Assembly (NCBI RefSeq): GCF_001194135.2
Contig: NC_068987.1
Coordinates: 24,112,581 to 24,176,580 of the forward strand
DNA from: Octopus bimaculoides
Taxonomy: Eukaryota
Length of the DNA: 64,000 bases
Direction of reading: 5' to 3'
Shown here: positions 50,345 to 62,854 of the stretch, piece by piece
Layout: each line of letters starts with the position of its first letter
Position numbering within the stretch: position 1 is the stretch's first letter
Notes under the pieces: model-generated
Told to the model about the DNA's origin: nothing
Database searches by the model: none
Seen by the model: the letters and a program-made list of their open reading frames with translations, nothing else
Translations under genes and position numbers: made by a program

Positions 50345-50931
50345 TTTCTCTCAATATTGACATAGCAAATGGTGGAGGAAGTCAGAAAGAAATAGTAAGT
50401 TGGTCTGTTGTCACTGACTAATTATTTAATATGATTTTTAGTATTACTAGTGCAAACGTCTCTTGTAACAGTAACAACCCACAATATGTATTAATGGTGA
50501 TGTGTTATTTTACATTTATGTTTAATCTCTATTTAAAAGTTAAACATCAGTGATATTCGATTTTAGCAGCTATTTACCACTAAGTATAGTAGCATCGAAA
50601 CATTTATTATTAATTATATCATATTGCTACAATGTTCTCCATTGTTAAATCTTTGTCAGCTAAATCTCATTTTTATCAATTCATTTTGTAGTCAGTCCTG
50701 AAATATTTTGGACGAAGTGTCTGTGCTTGTGTGTAAGCAATAGTTTGTTTTATGTTTAATGTACTTAATTCACTCTAGCAAAGTTTGAATCTTATAGGTT
50801 AACTGCAACGAAATAATCAAATTGCATGTTGTTGTCTTGGACATTTTATGTATATATGTGTGTGTGTATAACTATATTATACAATGTATAAACCCTCTTC
50901 AAGACAAATCTGAGGGAAATTTGGCTGTAAT
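50345..50931 (+). repeat. Second copy of the gene 5 exon 1/intron block, lacking the promoter motif
   Basis: Homologous to 47409-48012; no ACGAAAGT motif upstream. Confidence 0.85.
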
Positions 50932-52708
50932 TTATAGTATTTAAAATAATGTAGTCATAATCATCAACATCAATTTATGTCCGCTTTCCATGCTGAGTTT
51001 CACATGGTTCTACACTGATTGAGGTAGAAAAGTAGAAATGCTCAGACAATAAATAGCACAGGAATATCAGCAGTATGTAAAATGTTTCAGTCTTCTTATG
51101 ACTTAACGAGGTCATAATAAGGCTGGAACATGTCCAATTATTTAATAATGTGGCAACTGAATCTCAACCAATTTAAGATGGTATTAATGAAACCAAGAAA
51201 AATCGTGTTAAGAAACCAGTTCTTCTTACTTTTGTAAATTGAACAGATATCAGTAACCAGTGAAATTCACAGTGTAGTGCTCCTTTCCCATTTAAAACTG
51301 TGCTGCTTCTGCACATTCAGATAAGCGAGAATGCATCCAAAGTTGAGTCACCTGATCGATGCAAAATCTCTCACAGATATTCTTCAGTCTCTAGCCCACA
51401 GGTAGGCTGTTGTATTTCTCTGCTTGCTGTACAAGTCCTGCAGTGGCTGGTCACATGTCATTTCCACTCAGACTCTCCCAACTTACGTCTCTCACCTCCC
51501 ATTGCCCATGTTTTGTACAAACTCCTCAGGCACTGCACTCATCATTATACCCAGATCTAACCCCAGAAAGTTGTCCCTCTGATCCCGTCTTTTTCGCAGT
51601 CCATTGACTTGCAACACTAACTTTTTTTACTATATTTCTGTGGAAATACACTGCCTTTGTTGGAATTTATTTTAGAAAATATTGAAGTATTTAGTTAAAT
51701 AACTTGGCATTATTAATCTAGTTAGTGTTTGAAACATGAATTAACATGAAATTTTGATTGAAGATTTTAATGTAAATCACTTTAAAACATGGAATTTGTG
51801 TCATAGAGCCAGTAACAGTTTGAAGCAGGTTGATATCAAAAGGGTTAGGTAAAATAAAAAGTTTAGAATGGTATAACAATGCACTATAGAACAAAAAATG
51901 GACTATATACCTGTTGTAACTTGGTTATCTATAGTCCGATGATATTTCGGAATTACAATTCCTTCTTCAGATCTTATTTGCTGGAGTTCCATTTTTTGTT
52001 CTATAGTGCATTGTTATACCATTCTAAACTTTTTATTCTTTACAAACAATACACAATGCTTCAAGCGAACTACAATACTCTGTTAGGTAAAATGTTTACA
52101 GTATCAGTTTTGAAAAGCTTGCAAAGGCCAGGAGTACTGCTCCTTCTAGACTTGAAAAGAAAATTAAATTTATCTAATAACCTGTTAGTAAACTTTTCAT
52201 TGACTTTTCTGTCTTATATACTTTATTTCAGGGTGTATGGTGACATTCACATAGTAATTGCTGATTCGAAATATATCAAAAACATGTATCTGTAAGATTT
52301 TGAAAACAGACTGACAGCATCCAGTACACAGTTAACTGTTTTTTAAAACCTTGATTAAGTTACTGTGAATTTTAAATTAAGGCTGCAACAGAGATATGGA
52401 ACATGAAAATTTCCTTGGTTTGTGTACAGTGTCTTCCAGATCTGTGTGCATCTCGAGGACTGGAGTCATTGTAGTTGCTGATTTTAAATTTCAAGATTGA
52501 ATTCTAGTGAGAGAAACTACTCCAATGCAATATCTTGAAACTGTTTCTTTACAATCAAGACTTCTATAGACTTTGTCAAATGTTACATTTTTTTCTGTAT
52601 GAGAAAATAACATTGTAATTATTTATTGAAACGTTTCAGAGAATTTCATTTTCTTCATTACACATTGAAATTAAACAAAAATTTTTTTAGAATATTTGAA
52701 AGAAAATC

Positions 52709-53881
52709 ATGGAAGACAAACTGGAGGAGAGTCAGGCCTGTGATGAAACACAGCCTGAATCTAGTGAGGTATCTAATCAGGAGTGTGTAGATACAGAGAA
52801 AAAAGCTTATCATTTTGACATTCATAAGAAGACATTCTCACAATATAATGTACTTCTTACAAGCATAAAACTTAAATATTCCAAAATGTGTAACAAAACA
52901 AGTGCTAAGAGCCGTTCATTCTCTAAGGGTATTCAGTCGGATCAGAGTGATTTTGAATGCTTAATCTGTGGTAAAATATTCTCTCGGAAATCTTATTTGA
53001 CTAGACACAAACGTATACACAGAAGCAAGAAATCATACCGCTGTGATATCTGTGACAGAGCTTTCAATGACAGCAGTACTTTGACGAATCATAGACGTAT
53101 TCATACTGATGAGAAGCCATATCACTGTGATATTTGTGGGAGAAGGTTCACTCAATTTGGTCATTTGAGTAGACACAAATATACTCACTCAGGAGAGAAA
53201 CCACACCGTTGTGATATTTGTGGGAAAGCATTCTCACAGGTTGATAGTTTAACTCGTCACATACGTATTCACACAGGAGAGAAACCATATCAATGTGGTG
53301 TTTGTGGTAAAACATTTTCTCGAAGCTCTTATTTAAGTGTTCACAAATCTGTTCACACCAGAGAAAAGCCACACCGCTGTGACATCTGTGGGAAAACCTT
53401 CTCTGGGAGAGGTAACATGACGAATCACAAACGTATTCACACTGGGGAAAAACCATACCATTGTAATATATGTGGGAAGACCTTCTCTGGATGCAACAGT
53501 TTAACTAGTCATATACAAGTTCACACGGGAGATAAGCCATACCACTGTGATATTTGTGCAAAAACGTTCTCTACCAGTAGTAGATTAACTAGACATATAC
53601 GCACTCATACTGGTGAAAAACCATTCCATTGCAACACCTGTGGTAAAACATTCTCTCAAAATGGTCATTTAACTCAACATGTACGAGTTCACACTGGTGA
53701 AAAACCATTTCACTGTGATATCTGTGGTAAAACATTCACTCAGAGAGGTCATTTAACACTTCACATACGTGGTCATACAGGTGAGAGACCATACAGTTGT
53801 GATATTTGTGGTAAAGCATATGCTGATAATCAGAGTTTAACTCGTCATAAACCTGTGCACACAAATAAGAAAAAATCATGA
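52709..53881 (+). CDS. C2H2 ZNF gene 5, 390 aa, 11 fingers, MEDKL leader
   Basis: Intact ORF. Remnant of a lost terminal finger and tail at ~53882-53955. Confidence 0.92.
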   Translation: MEDKLEESQACDETQPESSEVSNQECVDTEKKAYHFDIHKKTFSQYNVLLTSIKLKYSKMCNKTSAKSRSFSKGIQSDQSDFECLICGKIFSRKSYLTRHKRIHRSKKSYRCDICDRAFNDSSTLTNHRRIHTDEKPYHCDICGRRFTQFGHLSRHKYTHSGEKPHRCDICGKAFSQVDSLTRHIRIHTGEKPYQCGVCGKTFSRSSYLSVHKSVHTREKPHRCDICGKTFSGRGNMTNHKRIHTGEKPYHCNICGKTFSGCNSLTSHIQVHTGDKPYHCDICAKTFSTSSRLTRHIRTHTGEKPFHCNTCGKTFSQNGHLTQHVRVHTGEKPFHCDICGKTFTQRGHLTLHIRGHTGERPYSCDICGKAYADNQSLTRHKPVHTNKKKS

Positions 53882-56800
53882 TATCTATCAAGAAATGTTG
53901 AGAAAGGACAATAGTTTGATAATCACAAAGTCATGGTACACAAACCATTAAACAATATACTTTGCTGAAAGAAAAAAATGTCCAAATTACTACTTCATGA
54001 CACTATACAGGAATTCCTGTAAGATCGGTAATATAATAAAATGTCATGAAACTTCATGGAAACTAGATAAAAGCCATATTTATATATATAAAACTTATGT
54101 GATTTGAGAATATTTTGCAATATGTCAAAGGAAATTATAAATCACCCTATTGTGCTACTGTTTTTGACTTTCTAAAACAATGTTTTATCATTTGCAATCA
54201 GATGCATTACATGGTTGAAAAGTTTTCAAAAATAATATTCGCACACAGGTTAACAAATATCACTAATTTGTAATATTTTTAAAAAAATTTGATCTTTTCA
54301 ATAAACATTTTTTTTTTTTACCCAGAACATTCTTCAATGTGGTATAATTCACAAATTTACTTTGGAATAATTTTCTTATTTAGTCTGATTGCACAGACAT
54401 TTGTCATTATTTTCATGTTATGAGCAATCGACAATTGTGTTTTGTGACTGAAATACTTTTGTGTTTTTCAATAATTAAAATTATTATTATCTGAGAAAAC
54501 ATTTTTGTCAGTTTTTTTATGCAATAGTTTGTGTATTTAGAAGAAGCATGGTTTCTGTAAAAATTTGATTTTAATTTAAAGAAAACATAAAATTGTAAAG
54601 TTGAGAATAGAGCCATGGCTTGGAAAAGGACAATGTAAGAACTGAAAAAGTGTTTTTTAATACAACTAGAAACATTTAGCTAATGAATTAGAACAGAGCA
54701 GAGTGCATTGTTAACTCTTTTCTTACCGTACACTGCCTTTATTTTGATTCTAAAAATGATGAAGGATTTACTAAAATATATTTATCCTTATTAAGTTGAT
54801 GTTTCAAATTTGATTTGACATGAAAATTTTATAGATTTTTATTGAGATCCCTGTAGAACAGGGAAGTTGTATCATAGAACTAGGAGCAGTCTTAGGCAGG
54901 TTGGTCTCAACCAGGTTCACTTGTAACATAGTGATAACCACATAATAGTGAGAGATTTGCAGGTTTGATAGGATTAGATAGAAGAGGGTAATATAGAAGA
55001 ATATGTTGAGGCTAAGGTGGATGATAAATGTTAGGTGTCTCTTGCTAGTTGAAATTAAAAGTTGTCTGCTTGCTAACAACTTAGTACTTCGTTTGCCAAG
55101 TCAGAAAAATGATAACATTAAATGATGTAGAAGAAGTGGAGGGACTCTGTTCAAATCTGACAAATAAGGTACTTTGTTTTTAACAAGCAATTATGAGCTA
55201 AACTAAATTCAAGCAAGGTACTTTGTTTCTAACAAGCAGATTATGAGCTAAATTAAATTCATTGTGTTTTTAAATGTTTTTGCAAAGGTACCTGAGAGAA
55301 AAATGTTCATGACAAAAACATGGTAAATTTTTCCATTGTTTGTAGCACAAATATTTAATCAGTTCTCATTCTAAAAAAAATAAAATTTAACAGCCGTTTT
55401 GTATGAACCCATGTAAACTTATTCTGGTTCAGCCTTGCCTGCATTACATGATGGTGGAATATTAATAGGATTGAAATTACTTCATACTGAGGGGAAAATA
55501 TTTCAAAGGGTTACTATGAAATTCATTCTTTTGATTCCAACCTCTCTGACACTACCTGTGATGCTATGACAAACTTCTTATTTTAAAGTAATATAATTGT
55601 TCCATCAAAATTACCTGTTCTGTTCCAAACACCAGCTTTATAACAGCAAAATTATTCTATCAAATTCTTTCGTATATTTTTAAATTTTTTGAAATAGAAA
55701 GGCAGTATATTTTCACAGAAATATAGGAACAAAAGGGTTTAAAAAATAATTGCGGATGTAGAAGAGTGCTTGCCTTATTACCTCTGGTTTACCCAGTTAC
55801 CATGCTGTTACCTACAAAATCCTCATGGTTACAGCTTAGTGGGAGGTCATGGTTCATGCACTCTCATTATTATTCTTTAGTGTCTTATATTCCCTCCATG
55901 TTTTTCAACAATTGAATACATGTTGATATAACTTATAAGATTTGTATTTGAACATCTGACATTATGAAATTGAACAGAATGCTTGCAAAACATTATTTAT
56001 TGACAACAATGAACAATAAAATACAAAAGCAACATAAGTCACTTTCTCTTCAATTCATGGGAGTAAAGAACTGAGAATCCATGCACTCAGCCACAGAGAA
56101 ATTGACTTTGTGGTGATGGTGAATCTTCACCATTCAAAGTTAAGGACTCAGTTATATAACCTACTGAATTAATGTGTAAGTGGCTGAGTATTCCACAGAC
56201 ATGAACCTTAGATGTAATTCTCAGTCAGAATCAGCAAGGCACAGTATTAACAAAGCTGTACATTCTAAATTACACGTACAATCCACCCAGTGGGTTTTTA
56301 TAAATTTCTGTCTACCCAATTTCACTCAAAAAGTATGGGTCAATCCAAGGCTATAAAAAATGGCATTTGCCCAAGATGCCACCCAGTGGATCAAACCCAG
56401 GACCCAGTAGTTGCAAAGTGAACTTCTTAACCATTTGGTTACATTGCACCCAGAGCCACTACCATCCTCTAACTTCTGATTGTCCATTCTTTAGTATACT
56501 ATAAATGCTGTTTAAATATAAGAGTGGTAGTTGATAATGAGCTGTGAATAATGGATGAAGCATAATGATGGCAGAAACACATGTCCTGCAATTCAATAAC
56601 ATCATTCATAGCCCAATATCTATAAAGGGAATTTCTCTCCAGTTTCTTTCCAGTTTCATGTTTGAATGCACAAATGTGTTAAATATGATGATATACACCT
56701 ATCATCCATATAAATTGGTTTTGTTAAGAGAACTGAATGAAATATGCATAATTATATCAAATTAACAATATTTCATTGTTAGAAACTTGGCAAAGGATAG

Positions 56801-59150
56801 CTATAGTTAAATGTCTTTATTGTAAAGATCAAATTGACTGAGTCTTGAAGTTTTACCTATTGGTATGTTCATCTACTCAACTTGATTGTTGCAAAAAGTT
56901 TAAGTCTACTCTCAATATAGTCACACTATTAGTAAATGTTCTGTTATTATTCTTAAAAGTGCTTTAAAATAAATGACATTATTTTAACATTTAATTGTAA
57001 ATTATATCAGTAGACATTGAACATACAAAACATGAAGATTGAGAGAAGGAATAGACTATACACATATCTCCATCACTTGCAATTTATGATGAAGGAATTC
57101 TAAAGTAGTGAGCTGGCAGAATCATTAGAATATCAGTAAAAATGCTTTGTGATATTTTAAAAATGTTCTGAGTTCAAATCCTACCAAGGCCCACTTAGCC
57201 TTTTACCCTTCTGAGGTCAATAAAAAATATAGTGTAAGTACTGTGGTCGATGGTACCAATAACCATTTTCCTTTAAAAATTGTTGACCTTATGCTTAAAT
57301 TAGAAGCCATTATTAATAAGTTCTCCTAAATGGTGGATACAATGAATGCTTCCATGACAAGCTACTGACAAAGTAGATTTATTTTACTACAGGATAGAAC
57401 CTGCTTTGATATCTTGTGAATTTCAGTTTATTATATCACTTTTTTAATGATTAGCTAAAGAAGCATGCTTTTTTCAATTGATTCTGTGAGTTTATATTTC
57501 AACATTGTACAATATTTTATATATTGTTATTATATTTTATTTCTCTCACTCAATTTGAAAATTATGGAATTGTAAGCAGTGATGTAGCATGGGAAAGGCC
57601 ACAGAGGCAGTTTCCTGGATGCAAAATTTCAAAAGAAAAAAAAATGAAGTAATAAGAAATAAAAAATAGCACTCTCCCCAACAGTACTTGTTTTGCCACT
57701 GGTACTAGCAACACATACTATACCACTATTTGTAAACTAAGACTTTTGTAACTTCTCTGTTACTTTGACCACCTGCAAGTAAGTATAGTTTAAGAATAAT
57801 CATAATATATTTAAATTATACTTAGTCTCTTCAGGTTTCCAGCATATGGTTAAATAATTGCCATCAACTTCTGTTTCATTTTGTTATGTGGGCACTTATA
57901 TGAGAAATAGAAGCTAAATATCCCTCATAACACTCTTATCATGTTAAATAAAGATTTGAAAAAGATATTGTTCTGCTACATTTAAGATGGCATATTAGCA
58001 CATGTAGCATCGAGGCTCACAGTTGGCCTACTTTAATTACCAAACATAAATATACAGCCAAATATTAAGTCCACCTCTTTGGTTAATCCAGTGCTAACAA
58101 AGAGCATGGTCTGTTATGAAGACCTATCAGCCTCTCTTTCGGTCATTTAAGAGTAGATGTGTGAAGGTAGAACTTTTATTATCTTTTACTATATCTTTCT
58201 CCCAAACAGTACAGTGATGAAACAAAACTACTATTTTTCTTATATTATCTGTCTTGACCCTTCCACAACCAGAGAAAGATCAAGAGGTCAACTTATTCAC
58301 ATTAATTTCTGAGCACAGAAGCGAGAAAATAATAGGTTTAAGATTTGCTTGATAATGTTGAGAAAAGTGGATTTGGTTACAACTCCACTTAGCTATAGTT
58401 ACAGTATACTGTAGCTGTTTGCTATATCACACATCTTCCCAGATAATTTGCTGGAGGCAAAGGATCGATACTAGGAAAACTTACAGGAACGTTAACTATG
58501 TGAAAATTGAAAAACGTTTAAAATTGTGAATGAAAAGTATTAAGTTGTAGATAGATGTGATGCAAAGCCAAGAAAAACAGTGCATATCAGGAGACAGAAT
58601 CTGAGGTGATGTATATGGAACAGGTATCTATTCAAGTGAGTCTGAATAGTTCAATATTGCTCTGTGTGTATTGTATGCAGATTGGCTTTGTCTTCAGGCA
58701 GCATTAAGTGAGTATGCACGTGATTCAGTAATGAGAACAGTGCAGCTGCAGACTTTCTGAGACAAGAAAGTGCATTCCCAATCCATGCTATAATTTTAAA
58801 ATGAGCTGAGTAGGTACAGACATGGAAAAACAAGTCAATGAAGACACGTGCATGTGTGTAACTGAGTGTAGGCATGCACACATGTATGTATGAACGTTGT
58901 AGTGAAAAGATTAGATAATCCGCGAAAAATTAAGTAAATCTGCGAAAACTGCTAACATTCAAAAGAAAACATGCAGCCCTTGTTGAGAAAAGTGGATTTG
59001 GTTTCGAATAGGCTTTTCTATACTGTAGCTGTTCGCTACAGTTATGTTGTTCAAAAGTTGCAGGTAGCATAAATTAAATTGAAATAAACGTGCGCTTTGT
59101 TCTAATTGCGTCTAACAACACATTTACGATTCATAGCCTAAACATATCTG

Positions 59151-59356
59151 GAATTTTCGGCACTACTTAAACACAGACGTCCCAATGCATCTATGTAACG
59201 ATATGAAGAGGAGGTAATTTAGTTTTACCAAAACTACTATTAAAAGTGTTAGGGTTATGTGAAGTCACAGTAGTTTTGGTAAAAGTATATTACCTCCCCG
59301 TTATATCGTTACGTAGATGCTTCGGCACCTCTGTATTTAAGTTGTACCGAATTTTC
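59151..59356. repeat. Fold-back/MITE-like element with 88-bp arms and 30-bp spacer
   Basis: 59151-59238 is the imperfect reverse complement of 59269-59356. Confidence 0.8.
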
Positions 59357-59506
59357 TCCTGCAATATTTTTTTAGGGGGAAAAAACAATGTTAATCATTG
59401 ACTAATACTTATCTTTTTTTTTTCTTCACTGCCACAATTATTTTATAGTACACTTTCTAGTGTTTTCCACGGGAAAAAATGTTGACACTAACTTTTTTGT
59501 CGATAG

Positions 59507-59522
59507 TACGAAAGTACGGCTG
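59507..59522 (+). promoter_or_regulatory. Candidate promoter motif of gene 6
   Basis: TACGAAAGTACGGCTG, ~126 bp upstream of the donor at 59648. Confidence 0.55.
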
Positions 59523-60655
59523 ATGATTTGATGCAGTGTATCAAATTTGGTCTTTCTTTTCTGTGTTATTGAAATTTATCCGATGGTCACGAAGAAAACA
59601 TGATCGCTTCATCTCCCAGTATTATTGCACTAAATTATGAGAAAACAGTAAGTTATCTGACGTCAATAGCTAATCATTTGAATATTTTGTTTTAGTATTT
59701 CTCGTGTAAACATCTCTGTTGTAACAACCCACAATATGTACGCATTAACGGTGAGGAATTATTTACATCCTTATTTAATTTCTATTCAAATGTAAACGTT
59801 AGTGATATCCAATTTTGAAAACTATTTGCGGACACGAAGTATTCTAATTATAACAGATGACCAACTTTCTGACGTTATTTTGAAGGCTGATAAATTGCTT
59901 ATCACTAAGACACCTGTCACCTCATTTTCTTCATCTTTACATCTGCTTTCTATGCAGGCATGGATCATACAGGTATAAGTGATCCAAGTTCTTGTTCAGA
60001 GTTAGTATCTACACAGATCAGAAGACCACATCTCATTCATATATTCAAGTCTTGAAATTGTTGTCCCAGTTGGACACCCTTCCCTAACACCTGCCACTTT
60101 ACAGAAAGTATTTGACACATTGTATCATGGTTGTAGTTCTAGAACTGTCATGTCTTTGACATGATTGAGCAGTCCTCTCTACAGTACATTGCTTATTGAT
60201 AAGGAGATTGAATAGAAATATATATCTGGGTTGCATGATGGGTTACCAGTAAAGATGAGTGGTGGTAAGAGAGAGCAAGTAATGGATAGTGATAAAGGTA
60301 GACAATGGTTAGTGCAAGTGGTAGATGTCAATAAAGAGTGGCATGAGGGTAAGAGAAAGAGAGTGTGAAAGTGCAATGTGTAGCAATGAATCAAAATTTA
60401 ACAACGATGTACACATTATTAATCCTGATGGGATCAATAATCATCTCTAGATATGGGTTTAATTTGTCCAATCATTGACCTTGATTTACTGTTCCAACTA
60501 CCAGTATATTAAATAGATAGTCCATCTTGCTGCATTTAAGGGCGCTTTCATTTGATCAAGATTACTTTATAAAAGAATGTACAGCTAACTTTTTCTAGAT
60601 ACCTTTTTTTGTCCATCTTGAAAGAGTATTTTTAAATAAAAATGTTTATACATAT

Positions 60656-61065
60656 AGGCGCAGGAGTGGCTGTGTGGTAAGTAGCTTGCTTACCAACCAC
60701 ATGGTTCCAGGTTCAGTCCCACTGCGTGGCACCTTGGGCAAGTGTCTTCTACTATAGCCTTGGGCCGGCCAAAGCCTTGTGAGTGGATTTGGTAGACAGA
60801 AACTGAAAGAAGCCCGTCGTATATATGTATATGTATATATATATGTGTGTTTGTGTGTCTGTGCTTGTCGCCCCAACATCACTTGACAACCGATGCTGGT
60901 GTGTTTACGTCCCCGTAACTTAGCAGTTCGGCAAAAGAGACCGATAGAATAAGTACTAGGCTTCCAAAGAATAAGTCCTGGGGTCGATTTGCTCGACTAA
61001 AGGCAGTGTCCCTGCATGGCCACAGTCAAATGACTGAAACAAGTAAAAGAGTAAAAGAGAGAGTA
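60656..61065 (+). mobile_element. Full-length composite tRNA-derived SINE
   Basis: tRNA-like head GGCGCAGGAGTGGCTGTGTGGTAAG...GGTTCAGTCCC, internal (TA)/(TG) tract and family 3' end AAACAAGTAAAAGAGTAAAAGAG. Confidence 0.85.
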
Positions 61066-62089
61066 TACAAAAGGGATTAGTGGTCAATGAGAAATTGAGG
61101 GTATGAAAGACAAGATGGTCGTCTATCTGTGGTTCAGGACTGTCCCACATTATAAGGGTGAGTTTTGGGTGGAAAGCATAGAGGGAAGAAAACATGAAAG
61201 AGGGGAAAATAGATGGGAGTGGTAGAAGTTCTTCCTCCAAGGGTGACTATTATATTACTTTCTCCACTACCACTCTCTTACAACTTATTCTCTTTATACT
61301 TCACTCTGTCTCATCACCTTGTCTAAAATCATCATATTCTCTCCTATTCTCCTTCAATTATTGGGGCTTCTTCAGGCCCTCTAATCTAGCAAGTTGCAGG
61401 GCAGCCTCACTTGTGGTGATGCTATGGAAAAAAAAAAACACCCAACACATTCTGTTAAGGGGTTGGCATTAGGAAGGGCATTTAATTATCAAAGCCATGT
61501 TTTAGTGCCTCCTTATCTCAGTGAAATGTTGAACATTATTAAGGATCCCTAACATAAGTCAGAAATGACTAAGCCCTATTTCATCACACCAATCTGTATG
61601 AAATATAGGACATATATTAAGGGTATTTAAGATGATTTAATGATTATTTCAGAAACCCCTTTATTTCTTTAAATTGTCTTCAGTTGTGTCAAACTCTTGA
61701 TAAATCAATAAGTTTCTCTCAGCTAAATAATTAGTTCATATCAATCAGTAAATTAATTACTCTTCTTTGTAACTATGTTTCAGTATTAACTCTCATTATT
61801 ACTTTATTTTCTCACACTGTTGCTACTGAAGCTAGGACCATACAACCTACAACCTGAGAACTATTGGAAGGGGTAGACCTAGGAAAGCATGGGGCAAAGT
61901 GGTGAGAAGGGATCTTCAGACGTTGAGCCTCACAGGAGATGACAAGGGACTGAGACTTCTGGCACTTTACTGTGCTTGAGGAGACACAGCAAGTTAAGTA
62001 AAATCATGGCTGTCCTTGCATTCAGGCATGACCCCTACATCCCTTTTCAGCCGAGTAATCCTAATCTGGTGGGCTCATGGGTGCTGGTG

Positions 62090-62310
62090 TCACATAAAAA
62101 GTACCCATGCTGGTGCCAGGTAAAAGTGTCTATGCCAGTTTTGCATAAAGGTACCCAGTACACTTTGTAAAGTGGTTGGTGTTAGAAAGGGCGTCCAGCC
62201 ATAGAAACCATGTTAAAACAGACATGGAATCAGGGCAGCTCTTCAGCCGGCCAGTTCCTGTCAAACTGTCCTACCCATGCCAGCATGGAAAACGCATGTT
62301 AAATGATGAT
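62090..62310 (+). mobile_element. (GAT)n-tail retroposon 3' end
   Basis: GTGGTTGGTGTTAGAAAGGGCGTCCAGC...CATGTTAAATGATGATG. Confidence 0.65.
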
Positions 62311-62854
62311 GTCAATTGTTCATACTTCTGTATATATTTCTATTCTTCTTTGTTATGCAGTATTTTTGACAGATTGCCTCCTTTTTAGTAAGCTTTATGT
62401 TTACTTTTCATTGTCCTATATTCTTTATTCCAGGTTTTGTGGTGACATTGAAATGGTAATTGTAGACTCAAGATATATCAAGAAATATGTTAGATTTTGA
62501 AAACAGAAAATTGATATTATCAAAAAGCCAGAGAAATGTAAATTAAGGTTATAAACAGGTTACAGCATAGACAAGACAACTGTTTTGGTATGTGTGTATT
62601 TGGATGAATCTTGGGAAATAGAGTCAGTTTACTTTCTGGCTTTTAACTCCAAGATTGAACTCTAGGCGAAAAAAAGCTGTCCTAATACAATATCTTGAAA
62701 TTGTTTCCTGTAACAAAAGAATTTACAGGCTTCATCAAGCATCACTTTTTGCCTCAAGAAAAAAAAATAACATTGTTACTTCAGTGTTTATTTGGAAGTA
62801 TCAGAAAAATTAATCAAATTTTAAAAAATTTTCTTGCAAAATATAAAGAAATTT

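Larger units (their letters stand above)
47458..52231 (+). other. Predicted intron 1 of gene 5 (alternative donor at 50395)
   Basis: GTAAGTTGATCTG donor; acceptor CTTTATTTCAG ending at 52231. Confidence 0.55.
59648..62433 (+). other. Predicted intron 1 of gene 6
   Basis: GTAAGT donor at 59648; acceptor TTCTTTATTCCAG ending at 62433. Confidence 0.6.

Noticed and set aside
51879-52295. 138-aa ORF upstream of gene 5
   Set aside because: AT-rich, reads through the polypyrimidine tract and acceptor; only the last ~20 codons are shared with paralogs.
52709-52950. KRAB, SCAN, BTB or ZAD effector domain in the leader
   Set aside because: None of their signatures is visible; the leader is better explained as fossil fingers.
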